Of a stretch of DNA of 64,000 nucleotides, positions 19,446 to 29,513 are shown in pieces. A program made the translations under genes and the position numbers. Numbering within the stretch: the stretch's first letter is position 1; every line of letters starts with the position of its first letter. The DNA lies in the sequence record ON184125; one strand, given 5' to 3'. This stretch comes from Escherichia phage PC3. The notes beneath the pieces are model-generated. The model was given only the letters and a program-made list of their open reading frames with translations, searched no databases and had not been told where the DNA came from.

Positions 19446-21642
19446 AAAAGAGATAGATTGGGCACCAGAGAAAACTGGTTTTAAAACACCAGACGTCAGA
19501 CTGCGTATGGACCAAACGTTCATGCGCAAGCCGTCTGTGCGCGCTCCTCGTGTGGAGTTGATGCTAACCGACGAACAAGAATCGGAGTTCGTCGAGTGCG
19601 CGATGGACGCCCATTACTTCGCCGCCAACTACTACAAGATCACGACCATCGATAAAGGCTTCATCCTCTTTGACATGCACGATTACCAGAAGCAGTTGTT
19701 CCATGACTTCCAGGACTATCGATTCAATGCGGTCGTCCAGGCTCGTCAGTCTGGGAAATGTGTAAAAGGTGACACGCTTGTCACAGTTTACGATACTCTC
19801 AGCCAAGAGCAGTTGCTCCTGACCATAGGGGAGCTTCACAGCCGCTTCGAGAACGTCAACCACGCTGTGCCGCTGAATACCATTGGCAACCACGACAAGT
19901 TCGTGGACAGCCGCTTCGGCAAGCGTTACTTTGTGCAATCCGATAGTGGCTGGGTTCCGGTTATCGCAGCGCATAAGACGAAGAAATATGCGGAATTCGT
20001 TATTGTGACTGTTACTGGGCGTCGAATTAACGTGGCCGACGAACATATATTCTTCACTCCGGAAATGAAGGAGATATTTGCCAAAGACCTGAATGCTGGG
20101 TCATACATCATGACGTCAGAAGGTCCAGAAGAAATCCGCGAGGTTTGGCAGACTGGTGAGACGCATCACATGTATGACCTACAGGTGAAATCTAGTGATC
20201 AGCGCTACTACACCAACGGCTTCCTCAGCCACAACACGACAGTCGTGGCAGCGTTCCTGCTCTGGTATGCGATGTTCCACTCCGACAAAGAGATCGCAGT
20301 ACTGGCGAACAAAGAGAAGCAGGCGATTGAAATCCTAGATCGTATTCGCAAAGCATATCAAGATTTGCCATTCTTCCTCCAACAGGGTTGTGAGAAGTTC
20401 GGTTCCACGCTGATCGAGTTCGAAAACGGATCAAAGATCTACGCCTATGCGACATCTTCCGACTCCATCCGTGGTCGATCCGTATCGCTCCTGTATGTGG
20501 ACGAAGTGGCGTTCATTGAAAACGACTTTGAATTCTGGGAGTCTACATTCCCGGCGATTGCATCTGCAGAGACTTCACGTTGTATTCTGACCAGTACGCC
20601 GAAAGGTCAGCGCGGGTTGTTCTACGACATCGTCACCAAGGCGAACCCAGAACATCCACAATACAACGACTTCAAACTCACAGAGGTCCCATGGTATCGT
20701 GTTCCAACGTACACCAAAGATCCAGACTGGGAATCCAAACAAAGGGCGAAGCTGGGTGATGCACGTTTCGATCAAGAATTTGGCATTAAGTTCCGTGGTT
20801 CTGTGGGATCACTGATACCTGCCAAGTGTCTGGACAAGATGACCTCGAAGCTGTATCAGGAGCCGAACGAGTTCACCAAGATTTATCACGACTACGATCC
20901 TAAGCGCATCTATATGGGTATCGCAGATACAGGCAAGGGTGTCGAAGGGGATTATTCTGTGCTGACCATTATCGACATCACAGACTATCCTCACAAGATC
21001 GCAGCCAAGTATCGAAATAACACGATACCTCCAATGATGTACGCGTACACAATCGCCGATATGGGTGAGAAGTATGGAACATGCCCGATGCTAGTCGAGA
21101 CCAACAACGACGTGGGTGGTCAGGTAATCACAATTCTATATCAGGAAATTGAATATCCCGAGATCATCTTCACCACAACAGATACCAAGGGTACAGGCAA
21201 GAGAATCGGTGGTCGCCGCCCTGAGCCTGGTATCAATACCAACAAGAAGGTGCGCACAAACGGCTGTGCCAACCTGAAAGCCTTGATTGAACGTGAAATG
21301 CTGGTGATAGATGACCAGGACACGATAGATGAACTCAGTACATTCGTATGGACTGGAACAAGGTATGAAGCCGATGATGGTTGTCATGATGACTGTGTAA
21401 TGCCCCTCGTGTTGTATGCATGGGCGGTGAAACAAGAATGGTTTAGTGATCTCACCAATTCAAATATCTCTGTGGACATGAGAGGACGGTTGTCTGCGAT
21501 GGAAGAATCTCAGATGCTACCATTTGGGGGTATGATGTCGACGCCAGATCCTCACTCTGTGGAGAACATCTCAGGGTTCGGTGGAATTCAGGTTTATGAT
21601 GAACGCTCTGGTATGTCTATGGAAGAATGGCTGAGACGGTGA
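19435..21642 (+). CDS. gp17: Terminase large subunit gp17, intein-containing
   Basis: Split Walker A (ARQSGK...TTVVAAFLLWYAMFH), Walker B LLYVDEVAF, strong colinearity with T4 gp17 once residues 115-273 are removed. Confidence 0.9.
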   Translation: MAYKKEIDWAPEKTGFKTPDVRLRMDQTFMRKPSVRAPRVELMLTDEQESEFVECAMDAHYFAANYYKITTIDKGFILFDMHDYQKQLFHDFQDYRFNAVVQARQSGKCVKGDTLVTVYDTLSQEQLLLTIGELHSRFENVNHAVPLNTIGNHDKFVDSRFGKRYFVQSDSGWVPVIAAHKTKKYAEFVIVTVTGRRINVADEHIFFTPEMKEIFAKDLNAGSYIMTSEGPEEIREVWQTGETHHMYDLQVKSSDQRYYTNGFLSHNTTVVAAFLLWYAMFHSDKEIAVLANKEKQAIEILDRIRKAYQDLPFFLQQGCEKFGSTLIEFENGSKIYAYATSSDSIRGRSVSLLYVDEVAFIENDFEFWESTFPAIASAETSRCILTSTPKGQRGLFYDIVTKANPEHPQYNDFKLTEVPWYRVPTYTKDPDWESKQRAKLGDARFDQEFGIKFRGSVGSLIPAKCLDKMTSKLYQEPNEFTKIYHDYDPKRIYMGIADTGKGVEGDYSVLTIIDITDYPHKIAAKYRNNTIPPMMYAYTIADMGEKYGTCPMLVETNNDVGGQVITILYQEIEYPEIIFTTTDTKGTGKRIGGRRPEPGINTNKKVRTNGCANLKALIEREMLVIDDQDTIDELSTFVWTGTRYEADDGCHDDCVMPLVLYAWAVKQEWFSDLTNSNISVDMRGRLSAMEESQMLPFGGMMSTPDPHSVENISGFGGIQVYDERSGMSMEEWLRR
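19759..20235 (+). mobile_element. Mini-intein (159 aa) inserted in the terminase Walker A P-loop
   Basis: Begins with Cys after SGK (CVKGDTLVTV), ends ...MYDLQVKSSDQRYYTNGFLSHN followed by Thr; excision recreates SGKT. Confidence 0.8.
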
Positions 21643-21645
21643 TCA

Positions 21646-21652
21646 CTAAATA
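21646..21652 (+). promoter_or_regulatory. Putative late promoter (CTAAATA)
   Basis: Upstream of gp18. Confidence 0.45.
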
Positions 21653-21694
21653 TCTTTCAAATTGAGCGAAACTCTACAGAGAAGGAATAAGATT

Positions 21695-23590
21695 ATGGCA
21701 ACTAAAAGCTTCAGCGTTGCGCCGTCCGTACAGTGGACTGAGCGTGATGCCACGCTTCAGACGTCTCCATCCGTTGTTGTTCAGGGTGCGACTGTCGGCA
21801 AATTCCAATGGGGTGAAGCAGAACTCCCTGTGTTGGTCACTGGTGGCGAAACTGGTCTGGTGAAGAAATTCTTCAAGCCAAACGATGCAACTGCCACCGA
21901 CTTCTTAGTGATTGCTGACTTCCTGTCTTACAGCTCTGTTGCATGGGTGACCCGTGTGGTCGGTCCGGCGGCACGCAACGCTGTAACCAAAGGTCAGACT
22001 GCAATCCTTATCCGCAACAAACTAGACTTCGAAACTGCGTCCCCGTCTGCGTCTATTACCTGGACAGGCCGCTATGCTGGCTCCCTGGGTAACGACATTG
22101 CTGTGAACATCTGTGATGCTGCGCTGTTCCCGACCTGGGAATTCCGTAACAACTTCGCATATGCTCCACAGGATGGCGAGTACCATATCGCCATCGTTGA
22201 CAAAGTAGGTCGCATCACCGACTCTTCTGGCGCTGTTAGTCAGGTTGATCGTATCTCTGTATCCGGTACTGCCACCGCTGCTGGTTCCATCTCTGTTGCT
22301 GGTGAAGCCGTGGCGTACACTGACGCTGACACCCCGGCGACTCTGGCGACAAAGATCGGAACCGCGCTGACGTCTCTGTCTGAAGTGTATTCTTCTGTTG
22401 TCGTGAAGTCCAACACCGTCACCGTCACTCACAAAGCAATCGGTCCTCAGGCTGCGACTGCGATTGTTCCAGACGCGAATGGCCTGACTGCTACCGCTGC
22501 CGTCACCACTGTTGGTGCTTCCGGTACGATCATCGAGAAGTATGAACTGGTGCAGACCGCTCAGGGTTCTAAGAAATCTGATGGATCCAATGCGTACTTC
22601 AAAGACGTGATCAACGGCACCTCAAATTGGGTGTACACCTTCGCCACTACCCTGGCTGCTGGTGTCATTGAACTCGAAGGTGGTGTAGACGATTACACTG
22701 GGAACCGTGTTGCGGCTATCCAGGCACTGAACAACGCCGAAGCGTATGATGCCAAGCCAGTGTTCGGTTTCTGTGAAGAACTGATTGAGCAGCAGGCACT
22801 GATCGACCTGTCCACCGAGCGTAAAGACACAGTGTCCTTCGTGTCTCCTCTTCGCGATACGGTCGTCGGAAACCGTGGCCGTGAGATGGATGATGTTGTG
22901 GCCTGGCGTGAAAGCCTTGTTCGCGACTCCTCCTACTTCTTCATGGATGACAACTGGGCGTATGTGTACGACAAGTACAACGACAAAATGCGTTGGATTC
23001 CGGCTTGTGGTGGCACCGCAGGTGTTTGGGCGCGAAGCATTGAAATCGCGGGTATCTACAAGTCTCCAGCGTTCCACAACCGTGGTAAATACAACAACTA
23101 TAATCGAATGGCGTGGTCTGCGTCTTCTGATGAGCGTGCTGTGCTGTATCGCAACCAGATCAACAGCATCGTCACCTTCTCCAACGAAGGCATCGTGTTG
23201 TACGGCGACAAGACTGGCCTGACCCGCCCATCTGCGTTCGACCGCATCAACGTTCGTGGTCTGTTCATTATGGCAGAACAGAACATCGCAGCCATCGCCA
23301 AATACTACCTTGGTGAGAACAATGATGCATTCACTCGTGGGTTGTTCAGCAACGCTGTCCGCCCATATATCCGTCAGTTGGCCAACATGGGCGCGATCTA
23401 TGACGGGATGGTGAAGTGTGACGAGGACAACAACACCGCTGATGTTATTGCAGCCAACACCATGGTCGCGGGCATTTGGCTGAAACCAGAGTACAGCATA
23501 AATTGGGTGTATCTTGATTTTGCTTCCGTGCGTCCAGACATGGAATTCAGTGAGATCGAATCCGGTGGTGGTATCGTAGCTGCGTCCTAA
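21695..23590 (+). CDS. gp18: Tail sheath protein gp18
   Basis: GKFQWGEA motif as in T4 gp18 (GKFQWGPA); size 631 aa; CTAAATA and gaagga SD upstream. Confidence 0.85.
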   Translation: MATKSFSVAPSVQWTERDATLQTSPSVVVQGATVGKFQWGEAELPVLVTGGETGLVKKFFKPNDATATDFLVIADFLSYSSVAWVTRVVGPAARNAVTKGQTAILIRNKLDFETASPSASITWTGRYAGSLGNDIAVNICDAALFPTWEFRNNFAYAPQDGEYHIAIVDKVGRITDSSGAVSQVDRISVSGTATAAGSISVAGEAVAYTDADTPATLATKIGTALTSLSEVYSSVVVKSNTVTVTHKAIGPQAATAIVPDANGLTATAAVTTVGASGTIIEKYELVQTAQGSKKSDGSNAYFKDVINGTSNWVYTFATTLAAGVIELEGGVDDYTGNRVAAIQALNNAEAYDAKPVFGFCEELIEQQALIDLSTERKDTVSFVSPLRDTVVGNRGREMDDVVAWRESLVRDSSYFFMDDNWAYVYDKYNDKMRWIPACGGTAGVWARSIEIAGIYKSPAFHNRGKYNNYNRMAWSASSDERAVLYRNQINSIVTFSNEGIVLYGDKTGLTRPSAFDRINVRGLFIMAEQNIAAIAKYYLGENNDAFTRGLFSNAVRPYIRQLANMGAIYDGMVKCDEDNNTADVIAANTMVAGIWLKPEYSINWVYLDFASVRPDMEFSEIESGGGIVAAS

Positions 23591-23594
23591 AAAT

Positions 23595-23625
23595 AAACCC
23601 CGCTTCGGCGGGGTTTTAAATTTTT
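23595..23625 (+). terminator. Rho-independent terminator after gp18
   Basis: ccccgc-ttcg-gcgggg plus TTTTAAATTTTT. Confidence 0.6.
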
Positions 23626-23646
23626 CCAGATTATTTTATTGAATTA

Positions 23647-23675
23647 CTTTACTTCTTCAATAACTCACGTATAAT
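23647..23675 (+). promoter_or_regulatory. Sigma70-like promoter (CTTTAC-17-TATAAT)
   Basis: Upstream of the 23724 gene; -10 context TATAATTCTA recurs at 31852 and 38245. Confidence 0.4.
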
Positions 23676-23723
23676 TCTAAACATAAGCAGTACGACACCA
23701 ACTTGAAACGAAGGAACTATATC

Positions 23724-24080
23724 ATGACCAAGACCGAAATTAACGCTATCCTGAAAGAAATCGGCCTCTGTAACCTGAAACGCCGCATCAATCCTTACCA
23801 GCCTGCAAAACCAGTACGCGACAGCCAGGGAAAGATGATAAAAGGGATCTACTGTGCAGATGTTGGTCCAATGACGGTGACCAGTCCACACATTGACAGA
23901 TTTAACGCTATTGTTGGGGAGTTTTGTGGTAAGGTTCTGGGTGAACTAGCTAATGATTTATGCTCCCCAGATACCAAAGTTGTAGCTTTCGGGAGCCACC
24001 TCGTCACCTTCCACCTCACCAGCTTCCGTGCCCACGGTGATTATTATGTGTATTATGCTCAGGTTAGCATTCGCAAATAG
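23724..24080 (+). CDS. Hypothetical protein (118 aa)
   Basis: ORF with aaggaa SD, preceded by a sigma70-like promoter (CTTTAC-17-TATAAT). Confidence 0.4.
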   Translation: MTKTEINAILKEIGLCNLKRRINPYQPAKPVRDSQGKMIKGIYCADVGPMTVTSPHIDRFNAIVGEFCGKVLGELANDLCSPDTKVVAFGSHLVTFHLTSFRAHGDYYVYYAQVSIRK

Positions 24081-24086
24081 TAGTTT

Positions 24087-24114
24087 ACCCCGCTGAGGCG
24101 GGGTTTTAGTTTTC
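24087..24114. terminator. Terminator hairpin between convergent genes
   Basis: accccgc-tgag-gcggggt plus TTTTAGTTTT. Confidence 0.5.
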
Positions 24115-25890
24115 CAGTTCATACCGGATAAGACCACACCCCCAGATACGCCCCAACCCGGCTTCTATCGCCAGCATATCCTCTGTTTTACCTTCTACAT
24201 TGTATCCAAGTTTAAGGAATTTCTCTTTCCTGAAATTGAATTTGTGTATACGTGAGCCATAGTCTGGAGTCACATATTTGTAATCAGGGGGAAGGATTTC
24301 CTTTTCAACAAATCCGTTATTCAGGTAAACATTTTTCAGACGACTGACAACACAACGATCACCAAAAGAATATACTGTCTCACCCCGATGTCGAGCGATA
24401 TAATATTTCAGTAAGCGTGAGAATGCGCCATGACAATTGTTAGAAGCAAATCTCACCAATTCAATACCATGCGTCCGTTTGGTAAACAACATCACCGCCT
24501 GGATATTCCCAGTTTTGTCTACAAGGTGTATATAATCTGTCGCCACCACACCACCTTGTATATGGAATCGGTCGAGAAAGTCCTTGGACGTCCTATAGGA
24601 GCCTTCTAAAATGATATGTTGGCGAGCGTATGACAATGGTTTCCCTATCCCCAATTTTGCTTTAAGGAGTGATTTAACCACTTCCCGTTTGTCACGCCAC
24701 TCATCTTCCCAGATATGGATTAATTGAATACCCTGGGCTTCACAGTACATGGTCTTTTCAAGATGGTAGTCTTTGTATCGATGTTTCTCTGTATGCCAGT
24801 ACAAGCCGTTAAATTCTATTGCCAACTTATGTTCTGGGCAGTATATGTCTATCTGGCGTGTGGTCACCCTTCCGTCGAACATTTTACCTCTGAGGACGGA
24901 GAAATTACCAGATTCGCATATAACACCCAATGAATCCAGGTATGAACATATTTCTATTTCTGGCTGCGTTTGGCTTTGGCTGCTGGGGTACGTGAAAGAG
25001 TTCCTATATTCTTCAGAAGAGAAATAGTGAGGTACGCCGTATTTTTCTTTTGAAATGATCCTGGTATTGACCTGGCTTCTATCCCATATAGCCTTTACCT
25101 TCAACGGATAATCAACCCCATATTTTAAGACGCATGTTTTCTTTCTCTTTTCTATAATGGAATTGAGGAACATTGGATGATCCACACCATAGATCTTCCT
25201 CCAAGTCTCAATCACCCTTTCCCTCACTTCTGGCATTTTCATGACGTGTGATACGCCATAGCGTTCCATGACGGAAGCAGCCACTCTGTCCTTTATAACA
25301 TCAGACTTCATAGGGTGGTCGACCCCATATTTCTTAAGGACAGTTTCCCGCGACTTTTGTTTTACTTCTTCCAGTTGGAATGTGTTGGCTACGCCATATT
25401 TCTCTGATATGGCGTTTTCTAGGTTGACCCGTTCTGAGCCTCCCGCCTTCATTGATTTTCGTTGGCATTCTTCGGAACAAAACTTTTTGTATCTGGGTGG
25501 TTGGGCTTCCATTTCTAAGCCAACGTCAGCACCGCAAGTGACACACTGCGACTTCGGAATATCGTACAGCCAAGCAGTTATCGCTTGTGGTTCTTCTAAT
25601 AGGTCGTTGTGTGACACCACGTATCCAACAACATCAACCCCAGTATGGGCCGTGAGTAGGGGATGAGAGATAAGTTTGTAGTTCAACGAACCATCTTTCT
25701 TCCTGAGTTTACTATCAACCCAAGAGCGGCATTCGGTTTCGGTCGTCGGGATGTTATCCAACAAACCCGGATTGCGTTTCATCGTTCCCAGCATGAATGA
25801 TTTACATTCGTCACTACAATACAACGCAGCCTTCCTGGTTGGGGTGAACGGTTTGTGGCAGCATGAACAATTTTTATCGGGGAATGGCAT
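24106..25890 (-). CDS. Homing-endonuclease-like protein 1: two zinc ribbons, KYGV repeats, PD-(D/E)XK (Vsr/DUF559-like) domain
   Basis: CxxC pairs, repeated KYGVxHP units, IDIYCPEHKLAIEFNGLYWH...IHIWEDEW nuclease-like motif; paralog of 31887..33875; inserted between gp18 and gp19 on the opposite strand. Confidence 0.55.
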   Translation of the reverse strand: MPFPDKNCSCCHKPFTPTRKAALYCSDECKSFMLGTMKRNPGLLDNIPTTETECRSWVDSKLRKKDGSLNYKLISHPLLTAHTGVDVVGYVVSHNDLLEEPQAITAWLYDIPKSQCVTCGADVGLEMEAQPPRYKKFCSEECQRKSMKAGGSERVNLENAISEKYGVANTFQLEEVKQKSRETVLKKYGVDHPMKSDVIKDRVAASVMERYGVSHVMKMPEVRERVIETWRKIYGVDHPMFLNSIIEKRKKTCVLKYGVDYPLKVKAIWDRSQVNTRIISKEKYGVPHYFSSEEYRNSFTYPSSQSQTQPEIEICSYLDSLGVICESGNFSVLRGKMFDGRVTTRQIDIYCPEHKLAIEFNGLYWHTEKHRYKDYHLEKTMYCEAQGIQLIHIWEDEWRDKREVVKSLLKAKLGIGKPLSYARQHIILEGSYRTSKDFLDRFHIQGGVVATDYIHLVDKTGNIQAVMLFTKRTHGIELVRFASNNCHGAFSRLLKYYIARHRGETVYSFGDRCVVSRLKNVYLNNGFVEKEILPPDYKYVTPDYGSRIHKFNFRKEKFLKLGYNVEGKTEDMLAIEAGLGRIWGCGLIRYELEN

Positions 25891-25938
25891 AATAAATATC
25901 CTCACTTTGGAGTATTTTAACCCCCATTTATTTCAAAA

Positions 25939-25945
25939 CTAAATA
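25939..25945 (+). promoter_or_regulatory. Putative late promoter (CTAAATA)
   Basis: 27 nt upstream of gp19. Confidence 0.45.
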
Positions 25946-25971
25946 TTTACACTATTCAGAGGAGAACGACC

Positions 25972-26505
25972 ATGGCTACAGTTAATGAATTCAGAGCAGC
26001 TATGTCACGCGGGGGCGGCGTTCAGCGCCAACACCGTTGGCGTGTGACTGTTAACTTCCCTTCCTTCGTGGCTGGAAGCGATACCATCCGTGATGTTTCG
26101 CTGTTGGCGGTGACAACAAATACCCCAACAGGCCAGCTCGGGGAAATACTCGTCCCATGGGGTGGTCGTGAACTTCCATTCCCAGGTGACCGCCGCTTCG
26201 AAGCGCTGCCTGTGACGTTCATCAACGTCGTGGACAACGCCCCGTACAACGCATTCGAAGTCTGGCAGCAGTATATCAACGGCAGCAACAACAACCGTGC
26301 GTCTGCTAACCCAGATGATTATTTCCGTGATGTAATCATGGAACTACTGGATGCGAATGACAACGTCACCAAGACCTGGACCCTTCAGGGTGCCTGGCCT
26401 CAGAACCTCGGTCAGCTGGAACTGGACATGTCTGCAATGGACTCTTATACTCAGTTCACTGTTGACCTGCGTTACTTCCAGGCCATTTCAGACAAGTCTC
26501 TCTAA
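25972..26505 (+). CDS. gp19: Tail tube protein gp19
   Basis: C-terminal LDMSAMDSYTQFTVDLRYFQ resembles T4 gp19 (LDWDSNNEIQTFEVTLALDYWE); CTAAATA and gaggag SD upstream. Confidence 0.8.
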   Translation: MATVNEFRAAMSRGGGVQRQHRWRVTVNFPSFVAGSDTIRDVSLLAVTTNTPTGQLGEILVPWGGRELPFPGDRRFEALPVTFINVVDNAPYNAFEVWQQYINGSNNNRASANPDDYFRDVIMELLDANDNVTKTWTLQGAWPQNLGQLELDMSAMDSYTQFTVDLRYFQAISDKSL

Positions 26506-26571
26506 TGTCCTCAGTGCTGGGGGATCTTTATTCCCCCTCACTAATTACAAGAAAATGTTGAGGACTTAATC

Positions 26572-28266
26572 ATGGCATTCGGTAATGGTGCATTCGGAAA
26601 TGGGTTCTTCGGCCTGTTCGGTAGAGGCGGTAAAGTAGAAGCGCCGATTGATACCGACAAGATGGTCACGAACCAAGAAGAGAAGTTGCTTTCAAAAGCG
26701 ACTGTTGTTGCTCTGGACGATTCTCAGGATGGTTCCATCATCCTCCAGGGCGGCGCGAACACATTCAATTTCGTTGGTGTTGAGAATGAGTTGCTCAACG
26801 TCAAACAGCTGGTCGAAGAGTACCAATCTATGGCTCAGCAGCCTGAGATTCGTAAGGCTGTGGATATCATTGTCAACGACGTCGTCACTTGTGAAGAGGA
26901 AGAGACTCCTGTAACCATAAACCTGGAAAAGGTAGATGGCATCACAAACGAAGTCAAAGAGAAGATCACTGACGCATTCAAAGAGATCATGCATCTCCTT
27001 GACTTTGACAACACGGCGTATCAGAAGATCCGCAAATGGTATATTGAAGGCCGTCAGGCATTCCACGTTGTGGTGGACCCGAAGAACAAGAAAGCGGGTA
27101 TCGCCAAACTCATCATGATGGACTCACGCTGTATCCGCCCAGTGTACATCGTTCAAAAGGCGATGCGCGACGGTATCGAAGTCATCAATGACGTAAAACT
27201 TCAATACTACTACAACCCGAACTACAACCGCAACCAATTCACTGGCCAGTCCGGTACGTCTCAGAACTTCCAACCGTCACAGCAAGAGCTGGTGTTTGAT
27301 GATGAGAGCATAGTGTATCTGGACAGTGGTGAAGAGCCTCTGGCGAATGGGGTTGTACCAAGCCTGCTGAACCCAGCTATCCGTCCCCTGAACAACCTTG
27401 TTACAACTGAAGATGCAACGGTGATCTATGCGATCACACGTGCTCCTGAGAAGCGAGCGTTCTATCTCGACGTGGGTACGCTGGGTAAGAAATCGGCCGA
27501 AGAATACATGCAAGCCATGATGGGCAAATTCAAGAACCGTCTGGCGTATGATCGCACCACTGGTAAGGTGGCTGGTAACACTCATTTGATGGGTATCGCT
27601 GAGGACTACTGGCTACCACGTCGCGAAGGGCAGAACGCAACCGAGATCTCCAACGTAGGCGGTGGCGACCAACTGGGTCAAATGGATCATGTGGTATACT
27701 TCCGCGAGAAACTCTACGAGGCTCTGATGATCCCTAAGAGCCGCCTGCAAGAGGAAGGTTCCATCAACATCGGTGGTTCCAATCTTGCTGAAATTACGCA
27801 GGAAGAATTGCGCTTCAACAAGTTCTGTGCGAGCCTGCGCCGTCGTTATTCTTCTGGTATCTTCCTGGAACTTCTGCGCCGTCAGCTGATATTGAAAGGC
27901 ATTACAGACCAGGCTGACTGGAATGAGAAGATCAAGCCGTTCGTCAAGTTCGAATTCACTTCTGACAGCTTCATCCGTGAACAACAAGAGAACGAAATCT
28001 TGTCGCAGCGTATGGCGGCTCTCGGTCAGATCGAACCATATATCGGCACTCTCTTCTCTATCGATTTTGCTCAACGCAATCTGCTGCGCATGTCCGATGA
28101 AGACATCAAAGACCAGCAAGAGAAGATCGCGAAAGAGAAGAAAGAAGGCAAATACCCTGAAGTACAGGCAGATGAGTCCGGCGGCTTCGGCAGCGGGGAA
28201 GTCAGTCCACTGAAATTCAGACCTAACGTCATCCCAGCGACTAACCCTCCTGGTGGTGAAGAATAA
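26572..28266 (+). CDS. gp20: Portal protein gp20
   Basis: Extended similarity to T4 gp20 (e.g. YAITRAPEKRAFYLDVGTL...EDYWLPRREGQ vs YRITRAPDRRVWYVDTGNM...EDYWLQRRDGK). Confidence 0.9.
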   Translation: MAFGNGAFGNGFFGLFGRGGKVEAPIDTDKMVTNQEEKLLSKATVVALDDSQDGSIILQGGANTFNFVGVENELLNVKQLVEEYQSMAQQPEIRKAVDIIVNDVVTCEEEETPVTINLEKVDGITNEVKEKITDAFKEIMHLLDFDNTAYQKIRKWYIEGRQAFHVVVDPKNKKAGIAKLIMMDSRCIRPVYIVQKAMRDGIEVINDVKLQYYYNPNYNRNQFTGQSGTSQNFQPSQQELVFDDESIVYLDSGEEPLANGVVPSLLNPAIRPLNNLVTTEDATVIYAITRAPEKRAFYLDVGTLGKKSAEEYMQAMMGKFKNRLAYDRTTGKVAGNTHLMGIAEDYWLPRREGQNATEISNVGGGDQLGQMDHVVYFREKLYEALMIPKSRLQEEGSINIGGSNLAEITQEELRFNKFCASLRRRYSSGIFLELLRRQLILKGITDQADWNEKIKPFVKFEFTSDSFIREQQENEILSQRMAALGQIEPYIGTLFSIDFAQRNLLRMSDEDIKDQQEKIAKEKKEGKYPEVQADESGGFGSGEVSPLKFRPNVIPATNPPGGEE

Positions 28267-28303
28267 TTCGACTAAGTATAGAAAACATTTAGAGGATATG
28301 AAC

Positions 28304-28474
28304 ATGGCCGCTATCGATCTGGTAAAAGCAATCATCGCTGGTGATACTGATGCCGCTGCTGCTGAATGCGAAATGGAGCTATCCGCTCGCGCCCAAGAAC
28401 TGGTCCAGCAGGGTACTGAATATGTCTTGAACTCCCTGAGCCAAGACATGGGTCCTTTCGGCGACGACCAGTAA
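28304..28474 (+). CDS. Prohead core protein (gp67-like)
   Basis: Small acidic protein between portal and protease; start chosen by SD spacing. Confidence 0.45.
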   Translation: MAAIDLVKAIIAGDTDAAAAECEMELSARAQELVQQGTEYVLNSLSQDMGPFGDDQ

Positions 28475-28486
28475 GAGGAATGTATC

Positions 28487-28792
28487 ATGGAAATCGAAGA
28501 AGTTGCAACGTTCGCTGATTTCCTGGCTTCCCGCATGGATGAGCAGAAAGTCATTGACAAGGTGAACGCAAAAGGCAAACGCCGTCGCCGTCTGCAGTGT
28601 GCTCCTGGTTTCAAACTGTCTGCGGATGGTTCCCGTTGTGAGGTGATGGTCGCCAGTGAGCGCCGTACCCGCAAGCTGGGCAACCGCAAGGCGATCCGAG
28701 CCAAGAAACGCATGGGTATGGGATACCAGCGCAAAATCGAGCGTCGTAAGAAAAAAGCAATGAAGTTCCGTCGTATGATGGGACTGAGTTAA
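28487..28792 (+). CDS. Prohead core protein (gp68-like), highly basic
   Basis: 101-aa Lys/Arg-rich protein in the T4 gp68 position. Confidence 0.45.
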   Translation: MEIEEVATFADFLASRMDEQKVIDKVNAKGKRRRRLQCAPGFKLSADGSRCEVMVASERRTRKLGNRKAIRAKKRMGMGYQRKIERRKKKAMKFRRMMGLS

Positions 28793-28799
28793 GGAGCGA

Positions 28800-29468
28800 A
28801 TGATGAAACTGTTGCGTGAGATCACTGCGATAGGGAAAGACCTTCAGATTGGCGAAGCGGCCACGGCTACTGGCGGCAAAGCCATGTACATCGAAGGTCC
28901 ATTCGTGATGTGTAACCAGGTGAACCGTAATGGTCGCAACTACGATCTCCAAAAGGTGGGTATCCCTGCTGTCGAAGCATACGACAAAGAGTATATCCAG
29001 GATCGTCGTGCAATCGGTGAACTCAAGCATCCGGATTATCCTTTCCCCGATATCGAACACGCTGCACTCAAAACCGAATCTTTGCGCTGGGAAGGCACCA
29101 ACGCTATCGGTCGAGCGCGGATCCTGAATACACCGAAAGGTCAGATCATTCGTGCTCTGGCTGAAGCAGACTTCAACCTGGCCGTGTCTACACGTGGCCT
29201 TGGTGAGACCAAGTCAGTGAACGGCTATGATGACGTTCAACCCGGCTTTATGCTCACTGCTGTTGATGCAGTCGACCGTCCTTCTGGACAAGTTTGTTAT
29301 GTAAAGGCTGTGAGCGAATCTGTGGAATGGCAGCTTGATGAATCTTCAGGAATTTGGGTTCCTAAGGACATTAAGGGGCATGTGGTCGATTCATTGGTGA
29401 AAACCAATATTCAGTTAGAAGACGACTTCCTGCGCCGCCTCGATATCGCATTGAAACATCTGGGCTGA
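28800..29468 (+). CDS. gp21: Prohead core protease gp21
   Basis: YIEGPFVMCNQVNRNGRNY, GELKHP, GRARILNTPKG, STRGLGE match T4 gp21 blocks. Confidence 0.85.
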   Translation: MMKLLREITAIGKDLQIGEAATATGGKAMYIEGPFVMCNQVNRNGRNYDLQKVGIPAVEAYDKEYIQDRRAIGELKHPDYPFPDIEHAALKTESLRWEGTNAIGRARILNTPKGQIIRALAEADFNLAVSTRGLGETKSVNGYDDVQPGFMLTAVDAVDRPSGQVCYVKAVSESVEWQLDESSGIWVPKDIKGHVVDSLVKTNIQLEDDFLRRLDIALKHLG

Positions 29469-29479
29469 ATTCAGCCTCA

Positions 29480-29486
29480 CTAAATA
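29480..29486 (+). promoter_or_regulatory. Putative late promoter (CTAAATA)
   Basis: 28 nt upstream of gp22. Confidence 0.45.
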
Positions 29487-29513
29487 CTGAAAATCGTTCA
29501 GAAGGAAACAATC

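Noticed and set aside
27613-28734. 373-aa minus-strand ORF
   Set aside because: Antisense to the portal, gp67 and gp68 genes, which have clear T4 homology; Arg/Ser/Leu-rich junk composition.
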